From Eledone cirrhosa (lineage: Eukaryota): DNA of 64,000 bases. The notes under the pieces are model-generated. The model worked only from the letters and a program-made list of their open reading frames with translations. It did not search any database and was not told the DNA's origin. The stretch lies in contig OZ024740.1 of NCBI GenBank assembly GCA_964016885.1, positions 210,056,001 through 210,120,000 of the forward strand, in the 5' to 3' direction. The position numbers were made by a program, and so were the translations under genes. Below, piece by piece: positions 1 to 13,848 of this stretch; position 1 is the first letter of the stretch; the number at the start of each line of letters is the position of its first letter.

Positions 1-186
1 AGCTGTTTAAAGATAGACTTACCGTTAGGATGTTCATATGCATAGAGTTAAATTGTTGGTGATGGGAAGGATTGAATGCCTGAGGGCCATGGAAGTTATT
101 AACAGTTATCCCGTAATATGTCATACAATCAAAAATAATTGGATTGTAACCGAAATTACCTTAGAATAGCTTGAAAAACGTGTGCT

Positions 187-274
<88 letters not shown>

Positions 275-442
275 TGTGTCTGTGTGTGTGTGTGTGTGTG
301 AAGCCAGAACAAACAGTACATCCGTATGCTTACCAAGAAACTCGCGTGTAAGATAAATATTTACGTCACTTATCCAACTGTAAAGTCAAAGAATACTGCA
401 CTGTCTAAAGGCTAAGTGTCATTCACTTTTCATAAACGCATG

Positions 443-638
443 CAAGGGTCAGCTGAAAAGTTCATAGGCTGACCCAAATACTCTCATGGAATGACCAAAT
501 GAGGTTTATTTTTCAACATAGTCCATGGAAAGAAACAAAGCAGTTATTGATAAGAAGAATTGACATTAATTCATGTACGCTTTCACAGCTTTAGTATTAC
601 TCTTTTATAGGCTACTAAGTTTTCAGCCTACCCGCATA
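443..638. mobile_element. Degenerate Tc1/mariner-like MITE
   Basis: Imperfect terminal inverted repeats gggtcagctgaaaagtt ... aagttttcagcctaccc about 195 bp apart. Confidence 0.45.
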
Positions 639-1259
639 TTAGATGCGATGAATGCTATGCTAGCAACTCTGCACTAACATTTATTTAAGGGTTTGCTTTT
701 ATGTATATTGTTAAAGGATGGGAGAATTTGGAAGCCTTCACAGTAAAGAAAGCCTGACATAAGTTCTGGCCTGCGTGGGGAAAATATTAACGATTTCACT
801 GGCTTTCATTTAACAAAGGAAAATATTCACGAGTTTGCTTGAATATGAAAACATTACAGGAGATGTTGCCTAGGATATAGCAGATAACTTTAATGAAGAA
901 ATTCTGGTCAAGTGGATGAGTGTTTAGTACCCTGGTCAGCCATGACTAAGCAGACATGGGACAAAGGTGTACCAGCCATGGTCAACTCATGAGTATCTCA
1001 GGTATTGCGTATTTATCCAATGATATCCTTTCTTTTCAAGATTGAGGGAGTTTAGGTTGATATTTATCGTTAAATTCGTGTCGCAAACAAAACTTAATGC
1101 CACAAAACATTTTATGTCAGTGTAAAAGGTTTGGTAAACTCTACCCTGTATCGTAAAGTGCAGCAAAGTAGGAAGTAGGCAGGTGGAAGCTGAACTTCGT
1201 TCATCGAAAATTTGTTGTTTACAAATTAAATAAAAACAACAACTCATAATCATATCAAG

Positions 1260-1465
1260 GGTGGTGGATTGGCAGAATTGGTAGAGCGTCGGATAAAATG
1301 CCATTTCTGTATTTGTTCTGGCTTTTTACATTCTGAGTTCAAATCCTGCCATGGCTAACTTTGCCATTCATCCTTCGATAGAATAAAGTACCATTCAAGT
1401 ACTGGGTTTGATTTAGTCGTCGACTTTGCCATTTCCCCAAATTTGCTGGTTTTATGTCTAAATTA
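1260..1465 (+). mobile_element. tRNA-derived SINE with Nin/Deu-like central domain
   Basis: A-box-like TGGCAGAATTGG, B-box GAGTTCAAATCC, then gccattcatccttcgatagaataaagtacc. Confidence 0.8.
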
Positions 1466-1628
1466 TACATCAATATATGTCATTAACATGCACCAAGTTA
1501 ATGCATAATGTATAATGTATATTGAGCCAGAAGAACTCGTTGCTTCTGAATCAGAACAACATTCTTTGTTCAGCAATTTCACTGCACAATAAATTATCTG
1601 TCAAATTCACAGTGCTATACAAATAATT

Positions 1629-1724
<96 letters not shown>

Positions 1725-2144
1725 AAGAAAAAGGGATCGAAGTTTCAGTTCAACATATTTTATTATTCGTAATCACAAACGAGTGGGACACACCCTGACA
1801 CTAATCTACACTGAGTCTGGGGAGTAAATCAAGCCTCGAAACGAGCTGATTGTAACCTATTAAAACTCCGAGCTGTGTCATTTGCAAAACATGTGTTACA
1901 CGTGACTACGAATAACATCAATCTTCAACCCCTCTTTCTTAATATAAACACTCTACATATTACTCCAATAACAAACTGATGTCGGTTTAATACACATTTT
2001 TAATACTGAATATCCAATTCACGTAAAATCATTGCGGGCTGAAACAGGTAGCATCGGTAGTAATTAACATCACTGACCAATTGGCACTGTGTGTGTGTAT
2101 ATATATATATATGTATATATGTGTGTGTGTGTGTGTGTGTACAT

Positions 2145-2310
2145 ATAATTGTTCTACTTTTAGCACAAGGCCAGCAATTATCCCCAGTGCATTACTGGTG
2201 CTTTATTTTGTCGACCCCGTAAGCACGAAAGGCAAAATTAACCTCACCGTGATTTGAACTTAGACCGTAAAGGGCCGTAACTCTATGCTACAAAGCATGG
2301 CGTCCGACCT
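2145..2310 (-). mobile_element. Nin/Deu-domain SINE copy
   Basis: Matches window consensus gcacaaggccagcaatt...gaccccgtaag...ggcaaa...gatttgaactc. Confidence 0.8.
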
Positions 2311-2364
2311 TATATAATATAGGTTTAGTTTTATAAACGAGAGGAATAAAGCCCAATACACAGA

Positions 2365-2452
<88 letters not shown>

Positions 2453-2661
2453 TCTGTGTATTGGGCTTTATTTCTCTCGTTTAATAAGTTTATATATATA
2501 TATATAAGTCTGCATTCCTCTACCCCTAAATTAAATTTCTACTTCTACTATTCTATCAACTTGACCACTTACTACTTTTCTATTGGTCAATTCAAAATCT
2601 GTGTCCAAACAGACCTATTATATATTAAATCTTTGTTGGTTTTTTTCAATAAACAAATATA

Positions 2662-2795
2662 ATTATTTCTGAAGACAGCATGTATGTGTAGGTATGTATA
2701 TTCTCTCTGATAGTTTGTAACATTTTTACATAGATCTATATGATATACATACCAACACACACATATATATGTCCTAGAAACGATCGTAAAATGAT
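2662..2795 (+). ncRNA. Type-I hammerhead ribozyme candidate with about 100-nt stem II
   Basis: attattt-CTGAAGA(2669-2675)...GAAA(2777-2780)-CGATCG-TA-aaatgat; 7-bp stem I with one GU; insert contains GGTATGTATA/TATACATACC. Confidence 0.55.
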
Positions 2796-2848
2796 GAATT
2801 TTTTAATATAGGGAACTGTTTCTTCGTTTTTATTCATTGTTTTTATTA

Positions 2849-2937
<89 letters not shown>

Positions 2938-2987
2938 TCTGTGTATTGGGTTTTATTTCTCTCGTTTATAAAACTATATATATATAT

Positions 2988-3188
2988 AAAGAGTCAAGAC
3001 CCCGACAGCTGAGCTCCGGCCGTTTCGACAGCTAGATCTTAACTGTTCGGATCTTGCTGTCGAAACGGCCGGAGCTCAGCCGTCGGGGTCGGGTCCTGAC
3101 TCTTTTCATGTTACCCACTCTACTACCCTAAGTATTGAGTACACTGGTGCGTTATGGTCCACCTGGTATCTCACCACACCCTCCTTGT

Positions 3189-3192
<4 letters not shown>
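2988..3192 (+). mobile_element. Fold-back PLE-type mini-element with hammerhead 3' half
   Basis: Inverted arms 2988-3038/3050-3105 with GAAACGGCC...GCCGTC; tail gtattgagtac...ggtgcgttatggtccacctgg shared with 18265 and 21601. Confidence 0.65.
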
Positions 3193-3228
<36 letters not shown>

Positions 3229-5302
3229 TCATTATAGCCCAGCCCTGAAGCTAAATTAGTGACTCGAGATTTTAAGCCTGCGCAAAACTCTAGATGTAGC
3301 CTCACATGCATGAACGCACGTACACACGCTCATACACACACAACAAACAATTGAAATTTGTTCTACGCAGTGAATTTTGTAACAGCATGTTCTTGTTATT
3401 TGGAAGGTGGCTAATAAATACTTTTTGGGGAGATTAATATCTTAACTTCTATAAGTAGCATGAGAACATTTATTTTTAGTTTCAGCTTAAACGAACGGAA
3501 ATATATAACGAATTCTAGTTATAGAAATATTTCGTTTCGTCCTGTTTCTTTCTTTTCTTTTTTATTTTGCTATAAACATATTTTAGTTATTTATTATTTA
3601 TATTTTTACTTTATTTGATTTTGTGGGTTTGGTTTTAGTTTTATTCTATGTAACCTGTTGTTGCCATACACATATGCTGGTGTACTTTAGACTTGTACAG
3701 ACGATATTTTGCACAGGTCTTTGTTCCGGAACAAACTGCAATATTTTCTTTCATTCCATTAGAATTTGTCAATGATATAAAAGTGTGTCTATGTGCATAT
3801 ATGTATTAACAAATAAAATAAGTAATAATTGTTTCTACTTTTGGCACAAGGCCAGCAATTACCCAGTGCATTACTGCTACTTTATTTTATCGACCCCATA
3901 AGGATGAAAGGCAAAGTTAACCAATGATTTAACTTATTATTTCGTAAAACTGTTAAATACTACATTTGATATTGTAGCTCAAGGCTAGCTCTGACTGGAC
4001 AGTCTTCTGCTCAAAGACATAAGATATATGTGTTCCGAAATAGAATACACCTAGGATCACAGTATCCTCAATGTCATATGAGATATTTGGCTGGTATTTT
4101 TACATGGAAATTCGGCGTTTGGAAAATACTTGAAAGGCGAGAGTTGAAGCATACTCTTCCAAAACAATTTTCCACAGATTTGTGCTGAACAAAGGAATTC
4201 TATCCAGTTGATACAAAAACAAACAAACAACTACAAACACATTCTATGTTAATCTTAGTCGATACTTTAGAGTAGTTAATTTACTTCCTTTCATTGTAAG
4301 CACGGAGACTTTTCGCCACTAACTCTCACCCCTCTCATCACATACGTTAATTAATAAAATAAAGGCTCATAAAGAACGTCAATATTTTATAATGAGTCAT
4401 ATTTCGGTTTTCAAAGAATACTCTCTTTTCTTTAACGAAACCACTCCCATCTTTTCCCATTCACACATGTGAGGTGTTTCCTAAATAAGAAGATGTGTTT
4501 GAGCAGACGACTCTACTGAGGCATCAAACTCGAAACAGCTGCCCAAACCTTTATTCTGTTTATTGAAATACTGACCTGAGAAAGACGACAGATAGCATAA
4601 AAAGCAACTACATAAAACAAGAAAGGAAACAGGGATAGGGGTTGCGTTGATGAACATACATGGAAATAACTGGTTAAAAGGATGGGGGAATATACGAAAT
4701 ACGCATCTTGCTCACATATATATCACTTGAATAAACAACCTAGGGCTTGCCAAGAAGTAGTTTTAGTATTTCAATGTTTATTTTCTGTTTGAAAAATAAA
4801 AAGGAAATAGAAATTTCAGTCTAGTCACCTCCTTCTTTCTATTATATTTCCCCATCATTTCATTGTCCAACAGCCGGCGGTTGATATTAGAATCCTCTTT
4901 TAACGACACAGTCTATTCAGGCGTTAAGACAACCTTATTACATCAAATGACGAAGAAACTCAATGTTATCACATCCATAAACAAACAAGCAAGAAAGAAA
5001 CAATTCCAGCTTCTTTCCACTCGAAAATAACACAGACAGTGTTAAGAATCTTCCACTATATGTGTTGGAAATAACAGTCTACCGAAGACGCCAAAAAAAC
5101 TGAATGAAATTGTTATAAAAACACTCCTTGTTGACAGTTAAAGAACAGCTCATTAGTTAAATCAGCTGTCACGTTGAAGACAACGTAAGCTTTGTAGTCC
5201 AACAGTTTAACAACACAAACATTTTACCTCAAAGCAGCTCACAACCTTTTGTATCAGTGTTGTTAAGTCAGCACACGCTGTGCTTGCAGCTTCATATCTT
5301 CT

Positions 5303-6525
5303 AGTATTGGTTTCCGATTTAGACACAAGGTCAACAATTTGGGAGGAGGGAGTAAAGTCGATGAAATCGACTCCAGTGCGTTACTGGTACTTTATTTTAT
5401 CTATTCCGTAAGAATGAAAGGAAAAGGAAGCTAACCTGGTGGAATTTGAACTCAGAAGTAAAGGGTCGTAACTATATGTGGCAAAGCATATTATCCGGCG
5501 CTCTACCGATACTGCCAATCCACCACTCTTGGACATCCATTAATCACTTTATATTCATTGCTATTGTGCTACAGGAATGTATGAACATCACAATATCCCA
5601 TTCAATAAATCCTGTAAATTCTCTTTAAAATCTTGTTTCACAAGACTCGGAGAACAAAACCTGTTGGTATTGAAATTTTAAGAAAATATAAACACTGAAA
5701 GAATAATAGAATAATAGAACCCAGTAATTTAGCCAGAGTATATCATTATTATTTTTTGTTTCTACTTTAGGCACAAGGCCAGCAATTACCCAGTTCATTA
5801 CTGGTACTTTATTTTATCGACCCCGTAAGGATGAAAGGCAAAGTCAACCTCGGCGGGATTTGAACTCAGATCGTCCCTTTACGATCTGAGTTCAAATCCC
5901 GCCGAGGTTGACTTTGCCTTTCATCCTTACAGAGTCGATAAAATAAAGTACCAGTAATGAACTGGGTAATTGCTGGCCTTGTGCCTAAAGTAGAAACAAT
6001 TATTTTTATTTACGTCGACACCAGACCTGGAATTTACAGGATTGATTGAATGGGATATTGTGATGTTCATACATTCCTGTAGCACAATAGCAATGAATAT
6101 AAAGTGATTAGTGGATGTCCAAGAGTGGTGGATTGGCAGTATCGGTAGAGCGCCGGACAATATGCTTTGCCACATATAGTTACGACCCTTTACTTCTGAG
6201 TTCAAATCCCACCAGGTTAGCTTCCTTTTCCTTTAAATTAAAAAGAACAGAAAATGTAAAACTAGAAAATGACACGATTCTGACAAGAGAGGAAGAATCA
6301 TGTACAATGGATTCTGTACTGAATAAAGAAATTCTAGTAAGGTACAAGAAAACACATGTTGAAATGTTGGTGGGTTGGCAGAATTGATAGAGTGTCGGAT
6401 AAGTTAACGTTGATTTTCATTCTTCCGGAGCCGATTAAGTAAAGTACCAGTCAAATACTGAGGTTGATTTAACAAACCTTGCCCTTCTCCCAAATTTTCT
6501 GGTCTTGTGCCTGAATTATAAATCT
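5303..6525. mobile_element. Cluster of Nin/Deu SINE copies involved in a local inverted duplication
   Basis: SINE copies at about 5303-5527(-), 5755-5873(-), 5876-6002(+), 6124-6235(+), 6367-6525(+). Confidence 0.8.
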
Positions 6526-7896
6526 ATAACACTAACAACAAAATTAAGACATCTCTCTAGAAGGTCACTCTGATATAAAACCTGCAACTTCGTTTGCATC
6601 CAGTGATGTAGACCAGTTCTACTTTTTGGGTACATGCATTCGATATTCAGAGAGTGGTATTGTCCCCGTGCAAAGTCTAAAAAGCCACGTCCGTGATGCT
6701 CATGCTTAGGGATCAAGCGACGGCATTACTCGACATCAAGTTGCAGCCATCCTATATATATGTAGGACGTAACTAAATAGTCAGTGATTCTGCCACTCAC
6801 TGCTTTTCACCTCACCTAAAGTTTGTTGTTGTTATTTATGCCCAGATAATCTCTGATCAAGCAGACCTCTCTATGATTAAAGGCGTTAGAGTAATGGCGA
6901 TCGCATCTTATTTTCAGACAACGCGTCTAAGACAATGAAAAAAAAAAAAAAAAGGACCGTAGGGTGTGATTTGACAGAAATTAGGTTGCTATATATAGCA
7001 GGCCCAGTGATTACGTCGTAGAGGCTCCCACCTATTGATTTATTCTCTAAAGGATTTATTGGTAATTCTTATTATTACACCCGTCGAGTAGAGGGGCCAC
7101 AGAAAACGAGTAAGTTACGACGGTTTCGAAGGCTACATTTGTTCCAAACACATAAAAACTTATAAGAAAAACTTAAATTTAACCCTCAAAATTCTAACCC
7201 AAACCTATCAACTGTCTACCCTTAAAATAAAAAAAAAAATTACTATTATACCCGTCACCGAAACGGATATAATAGTAAAAAATTACTGATTTATTTTCGA
7301 GCTATATGAGGAGTGATGGTGAGGATGATGATGATGATAACGAGAAGGAAGAAGAGAAGAAAGTGAAAGGAATAGACGGTGGAAACTAATTTGATAGCTA
7401 AATGATGACAAAAACAGATGCCGCAGGATGAGTTTGTAAAAGTCATCAGCAAGAAATTTATTTTAATTTAATTTTTTTTTTTTTTTTTTTTGGCTAACGA
7501 AACTATGGTGGTGATGGTGGAGTTAATGGAGGTGTCATTTGTAGAAATGGTAGTGTCGTTAGTTTGGTGGTAGCAGAAATAAATGTATGAATGTAATATG
7601 GCGATGGTATGGTAACGTAAGAGAACTAGTGACCGTCTCTTAACGTAAGTGGTATCTAATAGCTATCTATCAGCTCAACTGACATCTAATTTGTCGCTCT
7701 TGGAAAATTATGTCTTGATATTTCATTCAACCTCGCTACTACATCTATTTAAAATAAACTTTTATGAATCAACGAGGGAACTTTAGCGGAGTCGCTTACC
7801 CTGCTAGAAATAGTAGCCAAATCTTCATCAAATTACATATTGTTATCTTAGTGATATCTAATAGCTATCTGACAACTAATTTGTCGCTCTTGGAAA

Positions 7897-8300
7897 ATAA
7901 CTGTTTCTACTTTTGGCACAAAGTCAGCAATTACCTCAGTGTATTACTGGCACTTTATTTTATCGACTCTGTAAGGATGAAAAGCAAAGTTAACCTCCGC
8001 AGGATTTGAACTCAGACAATAATATATAAACAAGGAACTGTTTGCACTGCTGAAAGATGTGACTTAGGTTCTGATCCATTCCAAATAATGGTTTCTTATA
8101 AAGGCACAAGGCCAGCAATTTTGGAGGAGGAGAAGTCGATTAAATCGACTCCAGTACATTACTGGTACTTCATTTTATCGACCCCGTAAAGATGAAAGGC
8201 AAAGCTAACCCCAGCGGGTTTTGAACTCAGACAATAATATAAGGAACTGTTTGCATTGCCGAAAACTGTGACTTAGGTTCTGATCCATTTCAAATAATAG
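7897..8300 (-). mobile_element. Two tandem SINE fragments sharing a duplicated flank
   Basis: Both copies end ttgaactcagacaataatat...aaggaactgtttgca...tgtgacttaggttctgatccatt. Confidence 0.75.
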
Positions 8301-9384
8301 AAAGAATGCTTTGTGTGACATAAGATGTTAACAGTCACAACCACGGTGAAAATTACAAGTGAAATCGGTGAATGTCACTCATAGCACTGTGTTTAAGTAA
8401 CTGTAAATACTCTTGGGTAGTCGGCAAAAACTATGAAATTATAGCTAGATGTAAAGAAACCTTATAAATTATCGAAGAACTAGGAGTGCTTCAAATTTGA
8501 AAATGTATATGTTTGAAAATTTATATATGCTTAACGACAGAAATTGTGTAGGGTTATATACATATAAATATAGTACCAGTAGAAAAACAGTTATGAACAC
8601 ACAACTGCATTTCCACTTCATCAGCTACCTGCTGGAGTGCAATTTCGCCCATATTTGAAAATGTGCGTGTCCCAAACGTGCAAAATAACTGTAATAACTG
8701 TCGATTACTATAGATAATAATTGAGAATATTGCTTAAATTACTCTTCGGGACGGAAAAAAATGGAGAAGGCACCTACGAAGAAACGAACCCCTTCAATCC
8801 TACGAGTACCGTGTGATTGCTCTACTATTACTATAAATGGTGATTGACTCTTCAGTCATTTTTTTTACGATGCTTTACAATAAAGCTTGGTGCTATAACA
8901 TAATTATGAATTATCGGAGCACAGGGGGTGCTTGACATTGGACAATGTGAGAGTCACAAATGCGGAAAATAATTGTTATAACAGCCAATTACTATAGATA
9001 ATATTTGAGAACATTGGGCGAATTACCTCTAGAGAGGGGAAAAAGGTGGACAGAGCGCCATATTTGTACAAAACAATAAATAGAATATTTGCGCTACTCT
9101 GAATCTCCCTAGAGGAATGGCGTATAGCAGAACATTAGCTTATTCAGGCTAAAACAGATACTTCATTTCAGTGTTATGTTGTCCTATACACACACAGACA
9201 CACACATACACCACACAAAGATGTATATTTTCTACCAATGTATTGAGTACCTTTTTGAACTCGGGAGTCTACATGTTATATATATATATGTATGTATATA
9301 TATTTGGTTGTGCATGCAGAAGAAATGTTTACATTCAAAGAAAGTTTGTGTATATTATAGTATAAACAAAAAAGTGCAAAATAC

Positions 9385-9417
<33 letters not shown>

Positions 9418-10179
9418 CAACCGCCATGTAATGGCATATCATTTCGAAATGGCACCACTGTCTTTAATTCTTTCAATTTAATATATACGAACGTACAGAT
9501 ATATAAACATTTATAGTCCTTTGTGCACGACACACACACATATATATATATATATGTATGCATATAATATACACATGTATATGTTTATGTGTGTATACAT
9601 ACATATATACTTACGTACACTCACATACACATATAAAAATGCCTGCATACCAAAATTACTAAGTATCTTATATCTATCTGTAAGCGGTAGCAGCGTCAAA
9701 GAAGACTCAACCTTTGGACTTTTCTAGAGACACATTTCCCCCAATATTGATCGTTAATCTTCAAGGTCTTCCTTTAACTAAAGCGACATTTTATTTGAAC
9801 TTTAAGACGACACCGTCAGACGGTGAATAGTGATGATACATTTACAGAAATATAAATGCACACATTTTAATGCTTACACACATATATACATTCGTACACA
9901 TATACACATACAAATGCGTGCACACATAAATATATATCAAATGTCTTTATTTATGCCGTTCCATACCATCGTTTTAATATAAACACAGTATACGACTGCA
10001 CGGATGTAATTGTGTTTACTAGAACTTTCATACTTTTTTTAGTGTTTTTTTCATTTTATTTTGTTTATTTAACCCTTAGTGTATGCATATATTTATATAA
10101 CAGTGAGCATACCGATACATACGGTGTAAACGTGCATGGCTGTGGACTATCTTTATCGTCATATTTTGAAAAGTAACAG

Positions 10180-10710
10180 ATACTACTACTACTACTTCTA
10201 CCATATATTCTTGGGAGGGTCGTGAGGGCAGATCCCTCAGACCTGCCTTCCAAAGTATCCTAGTAGAAATGATCAGGCTGGATCCCCAAGCGAGAGCAAC
10301 CGAGCTCATGGATATGATCCACCCATCTTGCTCGGAGTCTACCATTGCGTCTCATGCTTAGTGACTTTGCCCGTAAATTCTGTTCAGTAATTCTTTCCTT
10401 AGATATTTTGATCCCATGTCAGTAATATCGGAGCTGTGATGATGCAATTCGGAGAAGAAGCAACTCTACTTGAAGATCTCTGATCTCCGAGCTACATATT
10501 CTATCGAGTAACGTTACCACAAAGACCCTTTAGAAGAGCCCCATTTCGGCCGCTTGTATTCGCGATCGTATTCTTTCGAGTCATTTCCCAAGATTCATGA
10601 CCAGATGTAAAGGGTGGCACGAACACACAAATGAAGATAATGAATTTAGCTTTTACACCTATCTCCCTTCTTCTGATGATTAACTGCTGAAGCTGCTCCA
10701 TCACCAATAA
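10180..10710 (-). mobile_element. Degenerate RTE-clade LINE 3' fragment
   Basis: Frameshifted translation VFVPPFTSGHESWEMT / IRSRIQAAEMG typical of RTE ORF2 C-terminus; ends ctgccctcacgaccctc plus (AGT)n tail. Confidence 0.75.
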
Positions 10711-10713
10711 AAT

Positions 10714-11166
10714 AACTAGACCTAAAAAATGCGCAAGCTCAAAAGAGCCACAGAATGTTATAATAAACCTTCAAAAGTGTGGGACTAGAGTTGTTGCTCA
10801 AAAATATTGTAATTATTATCTATTGTACACTACACTCTGTGGCATCCTTTTATAAAAAAGAAACTCATAACGAACTCAATACGACACGATAATTATTTAA
10901 GCTAATGTTCAATATCTCATATTAGATGTTTAGTAATGATTAATACGAAATGCACTTAAACCGAATTCTATATTATAAATTCACTTAAATAATTATCGTG
11001 TCGTCTTAAGTTCGTTATGAGTCTCTTTTTTATAAAAGGATGCCACAGAGTGTACGATAGATAATGATTACAATATTTTTGAGCAACAACTCTAGTCCCA
11101 CACTTTTGAAGGTTTATTATAACATTCTGTGGCTCTTTTGAGCTTGTGCATTTTTCAGGTCTAGTT
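10714..11166. repeat. Long inverted repeat (about 185-bp arms, about 80-bp spacer)
   Basis: 10714-10901 is near reverse complement of 10984-11166. Confidence 0.9.
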
Positions 11167-11691
11167 TAATATTTTTTGAAGACAACGTTTGTAATAACTC
11201 TAGTTAAACATGATATATATTAATAATAAATTATCGTTGTAATGTAATTAGATTATATAATTGTTATTTTATAAATGATCTTATAAATATTATTGTAGAC
11301 TTTTAATAGTTAATATAAATTTAAAAAATCATATATAAATTAACAATATAACTTACCAAAACGAGAAAAATATTTTGATGATAAAACGACGAAATACTGG
11401 AGGAAAATTCGAAAGCGAAACGATAAATAAACGTGGAAACAAAGTGGCGGATGCTTTTGAGCAACAATTACTCTCGTTGGTTGATTAGCCAATAAGACGA
11501 TGAAATTAACCAATAAGACGATACATTACAAAAGATGTTTGGGAGGCATCACCACGGCCAGCGATACCCCTTGAAATTTCTATTCACAAGCTACGCATGT
11601 ATGTCACATCATGTCATCACACACACACAACACAGCAATCAGACACGCAGACTTAAAACATTCTGTTGTTAGTCACTGCGTGTCTAACAGA

Positions 11692-12490
11692 TAATGGTTC
11701 TAACGTACGTACAAAGTAGACAATTTATTCGGAAGGATAAGTTGAATAAATCGACTCAAATAGTTGACTTGTACTTTATTTTATCGGCTTTCTGGAGGAT
11801 GTAAAGCAAAGCTAACCTCGGTTAGATTTGAACTCAGAATACAAAGGACATTAACTAAATGCTGCAAAACACTTCGTCTGACGCTTTATCGATACCATCG
11901 CCCTCCCATATAAAACAATATTGGGTTCTAATGGAGGTACAAACCCAGAAATTTAATGGGAGGCGTTAGTCGATTAAATCGACTCCAGTACTTGACTGGT
12001 ATATTATTTCATCGACCCCAGAAAGGATGAAAAGCAAAGCTGACCTCGGTGGAATTTAAACTCAGAATGTAAAGAGCCGGAAGCATTTTGTCTGATACTC
12101 TACTAATCCCGTAACAGTATCATGTTGTTTCTCTTTGCCTTCTCACTTCCAACCATGCCGGGTTTTTTTTCTTCATATCTACAGTGTTGTTAAATAAATA
12201 CCAATAATAATTGTTTGTACTTTAGGCACAAGGCCAGCAATTATCCCAGTGTATTACTGGTACTTTATTTTATCGACCCCGTAAGGATGAAAGGCAAAGT
12301 CAACCTCGGCGGGATTTGAACTCAGATCGTAAAGGGACGTAACTATGCTGGAAAGCATGGCGTCCGACCCTCTACCGATACTGCCAACAAGCAGCCGTAA
12401 GGATGAAAGGCAAAGTCTTAATGATTTCTAATTTCGGCACAAGGCTAACAATTTGTGGAGTGGGGGTTGATTATATTGACCCCAGTGTGT
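11692..12490 (-). mobile_element. Four tandem Nin/Deu SINE copies
   Basis: Repeated consensus ggtactttattttatcgacccc...aaggatgaaaggcaaagt...gatttgaactcag. Confidence 0.8.
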
Positions 12491-13848
12491 TTAATGTTTT
12501 AATCTTGTTAACTAAGGTTCCATTTTTTTAGGCATTGTTTTAATAGTTTCTTGCCATTTGTAGAGCGGTGTCTAACGGAAAAGGTAGAATGCTGGACAAA
12601 GTTCATAGCAGTATCTAGTTACGCCTGTTTCTACTCTGAGATCAAATATCACCGAATTTTGCTTTTAATCTTTTAGGGTTTTTCAAATAAGTACCAATAA
12701 TATATTGGATGTTGATTCAATCGACTATACTCCGCTCTGAAACATTTATGACCTTCTTTTACCACTTTAAGGATTTAATAAATTCTTGGCAATTGTCACG
12801 CTTCTTTTCCATGGTATTTCGACGTTTCTAACACGAATTGTTAACTTTAATTAAAAGTAAATAGGTTTGTCAGAACACCCTGACAGAGACGAAGGCAAAT
12901 AACGTAAACATATTTTGACTAACACAAAGATTTTGTTTTTGTACATTTAAAAAAATAATTCTTAAACGGATGAGCGACAGCGTTTTATTCAACAGAGAAC
13001 GAACGTAGCAAGGCATCGCACCGTATTAGATACAGCCAAGCATGCTGTTTGTGCTTGATTGTTTGTGTTTAAAATCTACAGATAATAACAGCTGCACAGT
13101 GAATAGATGCTTAGATGTTGACATGAAGCTCTGCATCTAATCCCCCCATATTGTTACACAGTATATCATAATATATCGGTGGGTTTATCTAAAAGAACCA
13201 ACTAGAATTGTTGTACAGTCGCTTACTGACTGTTACTTATACTGGGTTATAATACTTTTTATTTAGTTTGTGTCTTCAAATGTTTTAATTAAATTATGTA
13301 ATGTTTGCAATAGAAAAAGAAAAAAATAAATACTCAAAATAAGCGGAAAGAGGGAGAAAACATCAAGTTCTACACCTCAGTCTGGGCGGTATATCTCACC
13401 TGCACCCTGCGGACAAAACAGCCAGCAACACTCACTGCATCAGTTACTCCATCTCATGCCAGATGCACTACCCCTAATTTTGCGAGAGAAATCATCAGTT
13501 CAGGGACCAAGGAGGACACCAGAGTTCTCAAAGGTGACTGACACGCAAAAGAAGCGGTCGGTCAAGTTCCAGTATTTAGAAATCTTCAGCTCCTCTCCGT
13601 TACGAGCGGCACTGCCTGGGTTTGTGGACGAAACGATAAGATTGGAGGCAGATAACATGTTGCAGCACCTAGCGTCACAGGTTAGAAATTTAATCGATAA
13701 TTTGATAGCATTGCAAGTATTCGCAATATTCTTTAGTTGTACCTGCTTAATAAGAGATTGGACTGAAATAGTGTGCTTTAAAGTTTGAAATACATAAATA
13801 CTTATAACTAACAAATAGTTTATCACTCTACATGGCTGAATACAATAA

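Noticed and set aside
1762-1915. Short inverted arms with ctgggga...cgaaacg, and similar motifs at about 4480-4540 and 37200-37245
   Set aside because: Too many core and stem mismatches to call as hammerheads
13456-13826. Overlapping 110-aa and 108-aa ORFs as a host exon
   Set aside because: No recognisable motif; 5' part is homologous to a repeat at 47.1-47.3 kb
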